A DNA stretch of 64,000 bases from the NCBI GenBank assembly GCA_963826525.1, contig CAWGXH010000004.1:1280001-1344000 (forward strand), read 5' to 3'. Within the stretch, counting starts at the first letter, position 1, and each line of letters opens with the position of its first letter. The translations under genes and the position numbers were made by a program. Positions 53,072 through 64,000 of this stretch are shown in pieces. The notes beneath the pieces were generated by a model, which was given only the letters and a program-made list of their open reading frames with translations, was not told the origin of the DNA and did no database searches. Origin of the DNA: an uncultured Methanomicrobiaceae archaeon. GTDB taxonomy: Archaea; Halobacteriota; Methanomicrobia; Methanomicrobiales; Methanoculleaceae.

Positions 53072-54660
53072 CTTGTCTGGGTGGTTGTCTTATTCTTCCG
53101 GCACGCTCCGACGAACCCGAGGTACGGCGGCGATGGGTGTGTCGGGCTCGACTTGAACTCGGGGTGGAACTGGGTGGCGAGGAAGAAGGGATGATCCCGA
53201 ATCTCGCAGACCTCCATCCGGTTTCCACAGGTGCCCGAGAAGACGAGGCCTGCCTCTTCGATCCCCTCGATGAACTCGGGATTCACCTCATAGCGGTGGC
53301 GGTGCCGCTCCACGACCTCCCGCCTGCCGTAGAGGTCGAAGATCCTCGTTCCCTCTTTGAGGTTGACGGTGCAGTCGCCAAGGCGCATCGTGCCGCCGAG
53401 ATCGACCACATCCTCCTGCTCGGGGAGGATGGCGATGACATGGCTTCCCGGTCCCATCTCCTCGCTGGTGGCGTCCGGAATGCCGACGACGCTGCGGGTA
53501 TACTCGATCACCGCGAGCTGGAAACCGAGGCAGAGACCGAGGTACGGGATGTTGTTCTCACGCGCATAGCGGATCGCCTGGATCTTCCCCTCGATGCCTC
53601 GCTTGCCGAACCCCCCGGGGACGAGGATGCCGTCGACATCGGCGAGGTGTTTCCGATCGCAGGTCTCGGCATCGAGCCAGCGGATGTTCACCTCGGTCGA
53701 GAGCGCTCTCCCCGCGTGCTTGAGCGACTCCTTGATGGAGATGTAGACGTCCTCGATCCCGTATTTGCTGACGATGGCGACGGTGATGCGGTTCGTATAC
53801 TCCTGCGAGACGGTGTGGTACCACCCCGAGTCGGGTTCGCCGCGGTTCTCGAGGTTCAGGTACTCGATCAGAACATCCGCGAGCCCTTCTTTCTCAAGTT
53901 CCATCGGCACCTGGTAGATGTCGGGGACGTCCTTTGCACTGATGACCGCCCGTGCGGGAACATCGGTGAAGGCGGAGATCTTCTTCTTCGCCTGAGGCCC
54001 GATCACCTGTTCGCACCGCCCGACGATGATGTCGGGGTGGAGCCCGAGTTCCCGCAGCGCCTTGACCGAGTGCTGGGTGGGCTTGGTCTTGAGGTCTCCC
54101 ATCGTATCGACCGGGACGAGCGTGACGTGGATCAGCGCCATATCCTCTCGCGGAAGTTCGCCGTGCATCTGCCGGATGGCTTCGAGGAACGGCATGCTCT
54201 CGATATCGCCGACGGTGCCGCCTGCCTCGACGAGACAGATGTCCGCCGTCTTATCAGGCTCGAGTTCCTCGTGCGCCGCCTGGCTGATGCAGTGCTTGAT
54301 CTCGTCGGTGATGTGCGGGATGATCTGGACGGTCGCTCCGAGGTAGTCACCGCGCCGCTCTTTCTCGATGACGTTCCGGTAGACCTTTCCCGTCGTGATG
54401 TTGTGGATCGATTTGAGATTGATATCCAGGAATCGTTCGTAGTTGCCGAGGTCGAGGTCGACCTCGCCTCCGTCGCTGAGCACGAAGACCTCTCCGTGCT
54501 GGGCGGGGTTCATGGTGCCGGCATCGATATTGAGATAGGGGTCGATCTTCACCGCGGTTACCCGATACCCGCGGTTCTTGAGCAACCGGCCGACCGATGC
54601 GGTGGTGATGCCCTTACCAAGGCCGCTCATTACGCCGCCAGTAACCACAATGTACTTCAA
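53068..54660 (-). CDS. pyrG: CTP synthase
   Basis: [31 protein letters not shown] and QFHPE. Confidence 0.97.
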   Translation of the reverse strand: MKYIVVTGGVMSGLGKGITTASVGRLLKNRGYRVTAVKIDPYLNIDAGTMNPAQHGEVFVLSDGGEVDLDLGNYERFLDINLKSIHNITTGKVYRNVIEKERRGDYLGATVQIIPHITDEIKHCISQAAHEELEPDKTADICLVEAGGTVGDIESMPFLEAIRQMHGELPREDMALIHVTLVPVDTMGDLKTKPTQHSVKALRELGLHPDIIVGRCEQVIGPQAKKKISAFTDVPARAVISAKDVPDIYQVPMELEKEGLADVLIEYLNLENRGEPDSGWYHTVSQEYTNRITVAIVSKYGIEDVYISIKESLKHAGRALSTEVNIRWLDAETCDRKHLADVDGILVPGGFGKRGIEGKIQAIRYARENNIPYLGLCLGFQLAVIEYTRSVVGIPDATSEEMGPGSHVIAILPEQEDVVDLGGTMRLGDCTVNLKEGTRIFDLYGRREVVERHRHRYEVNPEFIEGIEEAGLVFSGTCGNRMEVCEIRDHPFFLATQFHPEFKSSPTHPSPPYLGFVGACRKNKTTTQTR

Positions 54661-54803
54661 AATGTCCTACTCCTGCAAGTCTGGATCGCTACACGCTTCA
54701 GCTCAAGTACGTATACGCGCGGTATAGACAAAGGTATTGCCCTTGAAATGGCGGGGGTGCGCCCCGTGCCCCCTCCTCCTCTTTCCGGAGCACCCATTCC
54801 GGT

Positions 54804-55211
54804 TTATACTTTCACGACGGCGAACGACGCGGTTGTCCGTGAGAGCAGTGTCCCGTCCGTGCTTGTGATCTCGCTCTCGGTGAAGGCGACCCGGCGCCCT
54901 TTCCTGACGACCCGGGCGGCTGCGGTGATGGTGCCGCCGGCAACCCCCCGGAAGAAGCTCGTGTTCTCCGATATGGTGGCGATCCCCTCGCCCTCCTCGA
55001 GGACGGTGTAGAGGGCGAGCGCCATCGCTTCGTCGGCGAGGGCGACGAAGACCCCGCCCTGCAGCCAGCCGGCGCCGTTCATCATGTCGGGCCGGACAGT
55101 CATCGAGAGCTCTGCGGCGCCGTCTCCATACGTCCCGACCTCGATCTCCATCAGCCGGAAGAAGGGGTTTGCGTCTCTTCCCTGCGCGGCGAGTGCATCA
55201 AGATACTCCAT
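54804..55211 (-). CDS. PaaI-family hotdog thioesterase
   Basis: NGAGWLQGG...LADEAM and GRRVAF. Confidence 0.88.
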   Translation of the reverse strand: MEYLDALAAQGRDANPFFRLMEIEVGTYGDGAAELSMTVRPDMMNGAGWLQGGVFVALADEAMALALYTVLEEGEGIATISENTSFFRGVAGGTITAAARVVRKGRRVAFTESEITSTDGTLLSRTTASFAVVKV

Positions 55212-55317
55212 AGGTCACCTCTCCTCCCGAAGCGTTTGCGATCTCGCTGAATAAGCGTTGCTATTGGCCTTGCGGAGGATCGAAACGGTGATGTGGCGCC
55301 TCTTCCTTTCATCCTGT

Positions 55318-55549
55318 ATGGAACAGGATGAGACCCGAGAAATGCTCCGCGATCTTGTCTGGCTCAACGCCGTGATCGCCACGGAGCTGATCCAGATAAC
55401 CGAGAATACGTCGTCGATTCTGCGAAAAGAGCCGCCGCCGGAGACCTGCCTCGAAGAGCATGCGGCGCTCCGGGCGACGGCGCTTGCGATGGCGGAGAAG
55501 GTACCGGCCAGGAACGGCGCTCCGTCAGCACATCGAGAAGCATCAGTGA
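55318..55549 (+). CDS. Small hypothetical protein, frameshift near 55500
   Basis: MEQDETREMLRDLVWLNAVIATELIQITEN...; removing one G gives EKYRPGTALRQHIEKHQ*. Confidence 0.6.
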
Positions 55550-55582
55550 GCGTCCCATTCCGGCGGTGAGAGAGGAGCGGGG

Positions 55583-57898
55583 TTACACCCGATCCCCGTC
55601 TCCGGATTCTTCCGTCCTGTTCGGCATCTCCGTTTCGTCGGCGTCATATTCACTGTCGGTGTTTCGTTCACGACCGGCGTCTCCGTTATCGTCGGCGTCG
55701 TCACATTCACTGTCGGTGTTTCGTTCACGACTGGCGTCTCTGTTGCCGTCGGCGTCATCATTCATCGTCGGTGTTTCATTCACTGACCGGCGTCTCCGTT
55801 GCCGTCGGCGTCTCGTTCACCGTCGGGGGCGGCGCGGGGACCAGCCCGGCATCGATCGTCAGGTTCTCCTCTCCCGGCCGCAAGGGAGATCGCTCCCGTC
55901 CGCCCGGTAGTCGGGGTTCGGGATCGCTGTCCCGGCGCATCGTCGGCACCCTGATTCTGAGTCGTAAACGTAAACGATTCCGGGGGCAGGAACTCGACCG
56001 AGTAGATGCCTGCGGAGAGGTTGGTGAAGCGGTACAGCCCGCGCTCGTCCGTCGAAGCATTGTTCACCGTCGTGCCGTTCGCATAGAGCAGGCGAAGAGT
56101 GAATATTGGCAATGCCGGGCTCCGCGGAATCCTGGATGCCGTCGGCGTTGGTATCGTTCCAGACGAGGCCACCGATGGTCCCGTTCACATCCCCGTCTCG
56201 TTCGGGATAAGTCCGGCGTCCCAGGTTCCTGATTCTCTCCCGACCGGAGGGTGATATTCTCCGTTCTGCCGGTCGTCAGGTTGGCATCGCTGTCGACAGA
56301 GTCGTTCGTGCCCTGGTTTTCGAGGGTGAAGGCGTACGCGGCCGGGGGCGTGAACTGCACGGAGTAGGTTCCTTCTGTGAGGTTCCCGAACCGGTACATC
56401 CCGTCCGCATCGGTCGCGGTCGTCCCGACCGGTTTCATCTCCCGATTAAGGAGTTGTACCAGGATATCGGGCACACCCGGCTCTCCGCTATCCCGGGTGC
56501 CGTTCCGGTTCGTGTCGTTCCAGACAATGCCACCGATGGAGCCGTTCTTCACAACCTGCGTCGGTGTAGGGGTGAGGGTGGGCGTCGCCGCTGTCGGCCC
56601 CGGTGTCGGGCACGACGGCGGGCAGAACGGCTTCGGGGGTTTCGGGGGCTTTGGCGTCGGCGCCGGTGGCGTCACCGTTGCTTTGAGTTTCACCACCCAG
56701 GCATCGGTCTCTGCCGCCGCCTCTTGTCCTGTGGTGAAGACGCCGGCAAAGACATACTCGTTTTCTGCCGTCTCGAGAACCGCCTTCGCGCGGTCGGCCA
56801 GGGCGCCGCCATAGGTCGCATTCCAGATCTCGGATCCGTTCCCGTCGAGTTTGACGATCCAGGCGTCGGTATTCTCATTCCCCACGCCGCCCGCTCACCG
56901 GCAAAGAGCGAGCCTCCGTCGTTGGTCAGGATGAGGGCATACGCCGATGCGTTATCCGCGGGACTTCCGTAGGTGGCGTTCCAGACTACCTCTCCGTCAC
57001 CGGTGAGCCGGACGACGAGCGCATCGGTATCGGTGCGGTTCTGGCCGTCCCGGGACGTATACGTCCCTGCAAAGAGGAGGCTGCCGTCGGGAGCGGCGAC
57101 GAGCGATCGTGCGGTGTCGTTGTCAGGGCCGCCGCAGGTCCGGTTCCAGACCTCGGATCCGTTCCCGTCGAGTCTGACGATCCAGGCATCGGTTCCTCCC
57201 GCGCTCCCGGAGTCGGTCGAGCCTGCGAGGCCGTAGCCTCCGTCCGGCAGGGCGGCGATCGCGTACGCGGTCTCATTTCCCCCGGGCGCCCCGTAGGTCA
57301 TGTTCCACTCTTCGCCACCGGACTCGTTCACCTTCACTACCAGGGCGTCGGTGCGCCCCGTCCCGTAAGGCTCCACCGAGCCTGCGAGGAGATACCCGCC
57401 TTCCTTCGCCCTGGTCGCGGCGTTCGCCGTCGCGTTGACCGCAGCGCCGCCGTACTTCTCGTTCCAGACCTCCGCGCCGGAACCGTCGATCATGACCGCC
57501 CAGGCATCGGTATCCCTCCTGGTATTGTCGGTGATGAAGGTGTAGGTGCCGGCAAAGAGCGTCCGGTTCTCCGTGACCGGGACGAGAGCACGGGCGGTAT
57601 CGTTCTCACCCCTACCGTAGGTCATGTTCCCGACTTCGTCGCCGTCCCCGGTGAGGGCGACGACCCAGGCGTCCGTTCCTCCTGCCCCGTAGGATCCGGT
57701 CTTCCCGGCGAAGAGGTATCCGGAACCGTTCGGGGGTTCGATGATCGCGTATGCCGAGTCATTTCCCCCGGTTCCGCCGTAGGTCATATTCCAGACGACC
57801 GAAAGGTCGACTGCCGCCGTGGCGGTGATCGGAAGACAGATGCAGAGCATGAGAACTGTCAGGTAGGTACATCTTCGATTCCATTCCATAGGATACAC
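55583..57898 (-). CDS. Secreted surface glycoprotein: beta-propeller-type repeats, Pro-rich linker, two SdrD-B-like domains and a Thr/Pro tail; several frameshifts
   Basis: Signal peptide; about 7 x (D-A-W/L-V-V...G.E.WN.TYG); IGG.VWNDTN.NG..D..EPG and G.YRF.NL..G.YSV.F twice. Confidence 0.8.
55630..55835 (-). repeat. Tandem ~54-57 nt repeats encoding TPT(A/I)TETPVVNETPTVN
   Basis: attcactgtcggtgtttcgttcacgac.ggcgtctc repeated 3-4 times. Confidence 0.85.
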
Positions 57899-58321
57899 CT
57901 CCGGGTGTACGAGCCCGGAAGAGCATGGTCACCATTCGGCCACCGGCCGGTCGTGTCCATCGGAAAACCGGGGGGCAGGAGGGTACGGAAGAGCTCTCCG
58001 GCGGACTCAGCAGCCCATCATCAGATTATTATAATAATGTTTTTATGTCTCGGGAGTTCTCCCCGTTTCGGCGGATCTGCCTCCGGGAGGACTACCCCGG
58101 AAGAGCCGGTACTCACGGTCGTCCTTGTGCGTATCCGGGCATTCCCGGCATCGGACAAACACTCTTATTGGCAGACCGTGATCAGTACATACGAATGCTG
58201 CTCTCCGCCATCACCCCGATACCGGGAGATCACGGTCTGCCGGAGTACCGGCCGTTGCCAGCAGGCACACTATCACCGGGGGCAGCAGTAGAATATGCCG
58301 AAAATATCGTAGCGAAGTCGA

Positions 58322-59036
58322 ATGGTGAACAAATCACAGCCGGTGCGGGTGGATCAGCGGGATTGCACGCTGGTAGTCCCCGCCTATAACGAGGAGGCGC
58401 GGATACAGAGCCTCCTCTCCGACGTCTCGTCTTTTGCGGGAGAGCTGATCTTCGTCTGCGACGGGACGGACTCGACCGCGAATATCATCCGTGCGTTTGC
58501 AGACGAGCGGCCCGAGCTTCGCATCCGCTGTCTTGTCTTCAACCACCGCCTCGGAAAAGGTGGGGGGGTGTTTGCCGGGATGAAGGCTTCCGAGGGCAGT
58601 CTACGTCGGGTATATGGATGCCGACGGGTCGACGGCACTCGATCAGATGACCGTCCTCTTCGACCGCCTCGGGCAGGCTGACGGAGCGATCGGTTCCCGG
58701 TGGGTTCCGGGCGCGGTCCTTGTAGTAAAGCAGAATCTCGTGCGGCGGGTGCAGAGCCGGCTTTTCAACCTTACCGTGAAGGTGCTCTTCGGGCTCGAGT
58801 ATCGCGATACCCAGTGCGGCGCTAAGGTCTTTCGGAGAGAAGCACTTGAGGCGGTCTATCCCGATCTCCGGGCAACGGGATTTGAGTTCGACGTCGAACT
58901 GCTCTGGCGGCTGCGGCAGAAGGGGTTTGCCGTCGAAGAGGTCTCGATAGTCTGGGAGAATAAGGACGCATCGAAGGTCGGGGGATCCGACGTGTTCGGG
59001 ATGCTCACCGGGATGCTGCGTCTCCGGCTCGGATAG
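58322..59036 (+). CDS. GT2 glycosyltransferase (dolichyl-phosphate glycosyltransferase-like), frameshift near 58590
   Basis: VVPAYNE, DGTDST, GKGG, MDADGS, GSR, DTQCGAK and FEFDVE. Confidence 0.9.
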
Positions 59037-59162
59037 TAGTTGGTCAGGTCTATAAACCGGATGTTGCTATATAAAAAATCTGCCTGATCGCTCGCTGTTT
59101 CTCAAAATACTCTCGCTTTCGGAGTATATCTCTTTGTCGCTCCGGAACCGGAGAGGGGGCGT

Positions 59163-59309
59163 TCACCCCTTCAGGTACATCTCCGGGTTCTTCTCGAAGA
59201 GCTTCTTACAACCCGGGGCGCAGAAGTAGTACTTCTTCCCCTGATACTCGGACGTGAACTTTGCGGACGCTTCATCGACGTCCATCTTGCATACCGGATC
59301 GACTGCCAT
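59163..59309 (-). CDS. YHS-domain protein (putative copper chaperone)
   Basis: Read manually: MAVDPVCKMDVDEASAKFTSEYQGKKYYFCAPGCKKLFEKNPEMYLKG; 7 nt downstream of copA. Confidence 0.9.
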   Translation of the reverse strand: MAVDPVCKMDVDEASAKFTSEYQGKKYYFCAPGCKKLFEKNPEMYLKG

Positions 59310-59316
59310 GATTCAC

Positions 59317-61769
59317 TCACCCTCCGCGTGACAAGACTCCCTTCTTCGCCGGGGGTATATATGCTTTGAGCAGCAGCGAGAGCGAGACCACGGTGACGGA
59401 GCTCAGGGCCATCGCAAGCGCCGCGAGCTCCGGCCGGAAGGTGATCCCGAAGAACGGGTAGAGAACACCTGCGGCGACCGGGATTAAGAGGGCGTTGTAG
59501 GCGAACGCCCAGAAGATATTCTGCTTGATCCGGCCCATCACCTTCCGTGAGAGCTGGACTGCGGCCACGGCGTCCGTAAGGTCGTCCTTGATCAGCACGA
59601 TATCGCCGCTCTCGATCGCAACGTCCGTGCCGCTCCCGATGGCGATCCCGACATCCGCCCGGGCGAGCGCGGGCGCATCGTTGATCCCGTCCCCGACGAA
59701 CGCCACGCTCTCTCCCTGCTCCTGGAGCCTCTTCACCTCACGTGCCTTCTCCTCCGGCAGCACGTCGGCGAGCACCGTGTCGATGCCGATCTGCCGGGCG
59801 ATGGCGTCTGCCGTTCGGGCATTGTCGCCGGTTATCATCATCACGGAGAGCCCCATCCGTTTGAGAGCCGCGACGGCAGGCCCGGTCGTCGGCTTGAGGG
59901 TATCGGCGATCCCGATGATGCCCGCAAACTTCCCGTCCCCGGCGACGAGGACGGCCGTCTTCCCCTCGTCCTGCAGGCGGCCGATCGCCTCGGTGCTCGA
60001 CGGTGCGAGGGAGACGCCCCGCTCTTCCAGAAATGCGGGATTCCCGATGAGCACCTCCGTCCCGTCCACGGTGGCACTGACGCCCCGCCCGCCGAAGGTG
60101 GTAAATCCCATCGTTTCACGGAGGGGGGTTCCGGCCGCCTCGGCCCTTCTGACGATAGCTTCGGCGAGGGGATGCTGCGAGTTCCTCTCGACGCTCGCGG
60201 CAAGGGCGATGAGCCTCTCTTCATCCATACCGACCGCGATAACGTCGGTGACATCGGGTTTTCCCCGGGTGAGCGTTCCGGTCTTGTCAAAGACGATCGT
60301 CGTTAAGTGTTCGGAGACCTCGAGCGCCTCGCCGTTTCGGATCAGCACGCCGAGCTCCGCCCCCCTGCCGATCCCGACGGTGACGGCCGTTGGGGTTGCA
60401 AGGCCGAGAGCACAGGGGCAGGCGACGACGAGGATGGAGATGAGCACGGTGAGGGAGAAGAGGAGCGTGGCGCCGAGGGCAATGTACCAGACGACGAACG
60501 CGGCGATCGCGATCGAGAGCACGACCGGGATGAAGTAGCTCACCGCTGTATCGGCAATACGCTGAACCGGCGGCTTTGATCCCTGAGCATCCTTCACCAG
60601 CCTGATGATCTGTGAGAGCGCCGTATCACGGCCGATCCGTGTCGCCCGGATCCGGAGCATCCCGTTCGTGTTCAGCGTTCCGCCGACCGCTTCGTCGCCG
60701 GGCTGCTTGTAGACGGGGATTGACTCGCCTGTGATCATCGACTCGTCCACCGCGCTCTCGCCGCCCACGACCTGCCCGTCGACCGGCACCTTCTCGCCGG
60801 GTCTGACCATGAGGACGTCGCCGACCTGCACATCGTCTATCGCCACTTCCTCCTCCTTGCCGTCCCTGATCACCGTGGCGGTCTTTGGTTGCAGGCCGAC
60901 CAGTTTTTTGATAGCCTCCGACGTCCTCCCTTTCGCCCGCGCTTCCAGGTAGCGGCCGAGGGTGAGGAACGAGGCGAGCATCACCGCGGTAGCGTAGAAG
61001 TTGAACGCCGGCGTCAGGACGAGGCCGAACGTGCCGAGGATGCTCGCGCCGTACGCGACACCGATACCCATCGAGTACATCACATCCATATTCAGCGTCC
61101 GGTGCCGCAGCGCCCCGAGTGCGGCGTGGAAGATCGGGTAACTGACGTAGACGAAGACCGGGGCGGTGATGACGAGCATGATGAGGTTGATCGAGACCGG
61201 GAGCTCGACGAGCGCCGGAAGCCCGAGGAGCATCACGAAGAAGAGGGGTATGCTCACGGCAAACCCGACGGAGAACCGGAGTAGTTTGTCGCGGAGATCC
61301 TTATCCCGTGCACGCTCCTCTTCGTCTTCGGCGACCTCTCCCTCGACGCCGAGGTACTGGTACCCGCGTCCTCGATGGCCGCTTTCATATCGGCGACGGA
61401 GACGGTGGCCGGGGTATAGGTGACGTGCGCGTTCTCCGTCGCGAGGTTCACCCGGACATCGAGGACGCCGTCGAGGTCGCGCAGGGCGGCTTCGATCACC
61501 TGGACGCAACTCGCACAGACCATGCCGCCAATCTTCAGCGTTATCCTGCTCGTAACGACCCCGTATCCGGCTTCATCCACCGTGCGTTCGAGCTCGGCGA
61601 GGTTCGTCTTTTCCGGGTCGTACTCGACGGTTGCGGTCTCCTCTGCAAAGTTCACCCGGGCATCGTAGACATCATCGCGATCCTTGAGCGCTTTTTCGAC
61701 GTTGAGAGCGCAGGATGCGCAGTGCATTCCGGATATCTTGAGATCCGCTCGTTTCCGCTCCTCCGGCAT
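59317..61769 (-). CDS. copA: Cu(I)-translocating P1B-type ATPase, frameshift near 61363
   Basis: Two HMA domains (GMHCASC, GMVCASC), TGES, CPC, DKTGT, HP, GDGIND, and YN...MALSS Cu+ signature. Confidence 0.95.
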
Positions 61770-61937
61770 ATGTACATCTCCTTGTCCCCCGTTCTCATAT
61801 AGGTGCATCCCTCATGCCGCCGCTGCGCGATCTGCCGCGGCATCCTCTTTTCTGTGGAAATACCATTCCGTTATTTTTATAGAAAAGATTATTATATTGT
61901 TCGTCCGCTAGGGGGGACCGTTGCGGAGGCGATACCG

Positions 61938-62861
61938 ATGCAGAGACGAGATGTGGTTACTGAGGAGAAGCAGGAGAGAGGACGATATGACGTTGATCTG
62001 CTGCGATCGGAGGGTGACGTAGACGGTCTGACCGATGCGCTGGACAGTCCCGATGCGCTGATCCGTCAGCGCGCCGCCCAGGCGCTCGGCATCCTCGGGG
62101 ATCCGGCGGCCGTCGATCCCCTCATCGGGGTGCTCGGCGATCCGGTGGTGGGTGTGCGGGAGGCTGCCGCCGATTCACTCGTGATGGTGGGGAACCTGGC
62201 GGTCGAACCGCTGATACAGGTGCTCGAAGGGTCCTGGTGGGCCGAGAGGTACGAATGGGCCGGTGAAGCCCGGGAGGGTATGGCGCAGCACGATATGCTC
62301 GGCGGTCCTGCCGACGTGGAGCCGGAAGACAAAGAATCCCTCCGCCGTGAGTCGCTGCCCCAGCACGATATGTATGCAGGGCCCGGGGATATCGGCCCGA
62401 AGAAGGGTCTTCGGAAGGGGGATATGACCCAGCAGGATCTCCTCGGCGGGCCTGCCGATGTGGATCAGAAGGCGAAGGCGGAGTTCCGGCGTGAGCCGCT
62501 CCCGCAGCACCAGATGTACGGCGGGCCTACCGATGTCGGCAGCAGGAAGTCTCTCCGGCACGGCGATCTGGCGCAGCACGATCTCCTCGGCGGCCCCGAG
62601 GACGTGCGGGGGCATGAGGCGCTTCATACGCGGGAGACCCTCCGGGGCGAAGGGCCTCCCGGCACCTGGGATGTCCGGACCCGGCGCATCCATGCGGCGG
62701 CAATCCTCGGTGAGATCGGGGATACCCGTGCACTCGACGCTCTCCGGCAACTGACGCAGAACGCGGACAGCGAGGTTCGGAGCGTTGCGGAGGATGCGAT
62801 CGGCAAGATCCAGGCGAGATCGGGTGCGATGCAGACGCCGCCACCGCCCACGTCCCGCTGA
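61938..62861 (+). CDS. HEAT-repeat (PBS-lyase-like) protein with an internal His/Met repeat insert
   Basis: IRQRAAQALGILGD..AVDPLI, VREAAADSL, AAAILGEIGD and VRSVAEDAIGKI flanking five QHD(M/L)(L/Y)GGP-type repeats. Confidence 0.85.
   Translation: MQRRDVVTEEKQERGRYDVDLLRSEGDVDGLTDALDSPDALIRQRAAQALGILGDPAAVDPLIGVLGDPVVGVREAAADSLVMVGNLAVEPLIQVLEGSWWAERYEWAGEAREGMAQHDMLGGPADVEPEDKESLRRESLPQHDMYAGPGDIGPKKGLRKGDMTQQDLLGGPADVDQKAKAEFRREPLPQHQMYGGPTDVGSRKSLRHGDLAQHDLLGGPEDVRGHEALHTRETLRGEGPPGTWDVRTRRIHAAAILGEIGDTRALDALRQLTQNADSEVRSVAEDAIGKIQARSGAMQTPPPPTSR
62286..62597 (+). repeat. Five Q(H/Q)(D/Q)(M/L)(L/Y)(G/A)GP repeats spaced 75/69/75/69 nt
   Basis: CAG codons at 62286, 62361, 62430, 62505 and 62574. 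Confidence 0.9.
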
Positions 62862-62888
62862 ACCCGACAACCTTTCTTCTTTTTTCCG

Positions 62889-64000
62889 TTACCTGCGGCG
62901 GATGCGCACCGACTCTGCGTGAGCGGCGAGCCCCTCGGCGTCGGCGATCGTCTCGACGAGATCACCTATCGCCTCGAGGCCTTCCCGGGAGATTACCTGC
63001 ACCGACGAGGTCGTGCAGAAGTGGCGGACGTCGAGCCCCGAGTACTGGCGGGCGTAGCCTGCCGTCGGGAGGACGTGGTTCGTCCCTGAGGCGTAGTCTC
63101 CGCAGGCAACCGCTGCGTAGGGGCCTACGAAGATGGAGCCGGCGTGCCGGATGCGTGAGAGGACGGCGAGCGGGTCGGCCACCTGGATGGAGAGGTGTTC
63201 GGGTGCGATGCCGCTCGCTGCCTCGATTGCTTCGTCGAGGTCGTCGACGACCACGAACCCGGAGTTTTCGAGCGCCCGGCCGATGATCTCGCTCCGCTCC
63301 GCTGCTCCCGCCATCCGCTCGACGGCGTGCCCGACGGCCTTTGCAAGCGCGGCATCGGTGGTGATGAGGACGCAGGCCGCCCGGGGATCGTGCTCCGCCT
63401 GCGCCAGGATATCGGCGGCGATGAACTCGGGGTTTGCCGTGCCGTCAGCGACGACTGCGATCTCGCTCGGGCCTGCCGGGAAGTCGATCTCGGCCTCCTC
63501 CCGGAGGAGCATCTTCGCCGCGGTCACGTAGACGTTCCCGGGCCCGACAATCTTCTCGACCTTCGGGATGGTCTCGGTGCCGAGCGCCATCGCTGCGATC
63601 GCCTGCGCCCCGCCGACACGGTAGATCTCATCGACCCCCGCGATGTCGAGCGCCACCAGAGTGATGGGGTTTACGGGCGGCGGCGTGCAGCAGCAGATCT
63701 CGGAGACGCCCGCAACCCGGGCGGGCACGGTGCACATCAGGGCGGTCGAGGGGTAGGCCGCTCTCCCACCGGGGACGTAGGCGCCGATCCGCCGGAGCGG
63801 CGAGACCTTCTGGCCGAGGATGATCCCGGGCTCGATCTCCCGCAGCCAGAGATCCTCCGGCCGCTGCATCTCGTGAAACTCCGTTATCCGCGCCTCCGCC
63901 TCGATCAGGCTCTCGACGAGCTGCGTGTCGACCTTCTCGTAGGCCTCCTCCCGCTCCTCGTCGGTGACCGCGATCTCCGCAAGGTCGATGCCGTCGAACT
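62889..64000 (-). CDS. hisD: Histidinol dehydrogenase, 5'-truncated by the window edge
   Basis: YVPGGRAAYPS, GGAQAI, GPGNVYV, PAGPSE, QAEH, APEHL and GTNHVLPT. Confidence 0.96.
   Translation of the reverse strand, partial: FDGIDLAEIAVTDEEREEAYEKVDTQLVESLIEAEARITEFHEMQRPEDLWLREIEPGIILGQKVSPLRRIGAYVPGGRAAYPSTALMCTVPARVAGVSEICCCTPPPVNPITLVALDIAGVDEIYRVGGAQAIAAMALGTETIPKVEKIVGPGNVYVTAAKMLLREEAEIDFPAGPSEIAVVADGTANPEFIAADILAQAEHDPRAACVLITTDAALAKAVGHAVERMAGAAERSEIIGRALENSGFVVVDDLDEAIEAASGIAPEHLSIQVADPLAVLSRIRHAGSIFVGPYAAVACGDYASGTNHVLPTAGYARQYSGLDVRHFCTTSSVQVISREGLEAIGDLVETIADAEGLAAHAESVRIRRR

Noticed and set aside
55630-55835. Tandem repeats as a CRISPR array
   Set aside because: No unique spacers, in-frame coding periodicity and no cas genes.
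272-61769. Treating frameshifted leuB, trkH, fprA, kinase, GT2 and copA as pseudogenes or programmed frameshifts
   Set aside because: Single-base indels with otherwise intact motifs, at homopolymers or recurring 4-mers and without slippery heptamers, fit sequencing error better.

Overview
GC-rich (roughly 60-65% by eye) archaeal chromosome segment. Gene content points to a methanogen of the Methanomicrobiales (Methanoculleus-like): archaeal histone, RadA, RPA, FEN1, presenilin homologue PSH, archaeal phosphoribulokinase, DUF1890/DUF1894/DUF2769/DUF2180 proteins and split GMP synthase. Many genes, including essential ones, are broken by single-base indels that look like long-read assembly errors, and several of these sit next to AGCT/GTAC. 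From left to right: leuD/leuB; a three-gene nitrogenase-like system of unknown substrate (NifH-like plus two short NifD/K-like subunits) interrupted by USP and PEGA genes; a secreted pseudo-zincin; an ~8 kb archaeal polymorphic-toxin locus (giant secreted DUF2341/Ig/Ca-repeat/PEGA protein ending in a pre-toxin-TG-like segment and a PD-(D/E)xK nuclease tip, followed by a candidate immunity gene); trkH; prk; an oxygen/nitrosative-stress and Cys-rich metalloprotein cluster; a housekeeping block (fen, PSH, NOG1, histone, radA, rpa, lysA, dapL); two paralogous PAS-GAF histidine kinases plus tspO; pyrG-guaAB-argD-hisC-AK6-pgsA; a surface glycoprotein; copA plus YHS, divergent from a HEAT-repeat protein carrying an unusual His/Met repeat; and hisD. 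I saw no rRNA, tRNA, CRISPR array or transposase. All family calls are from motif recognition by eye, not database searches.
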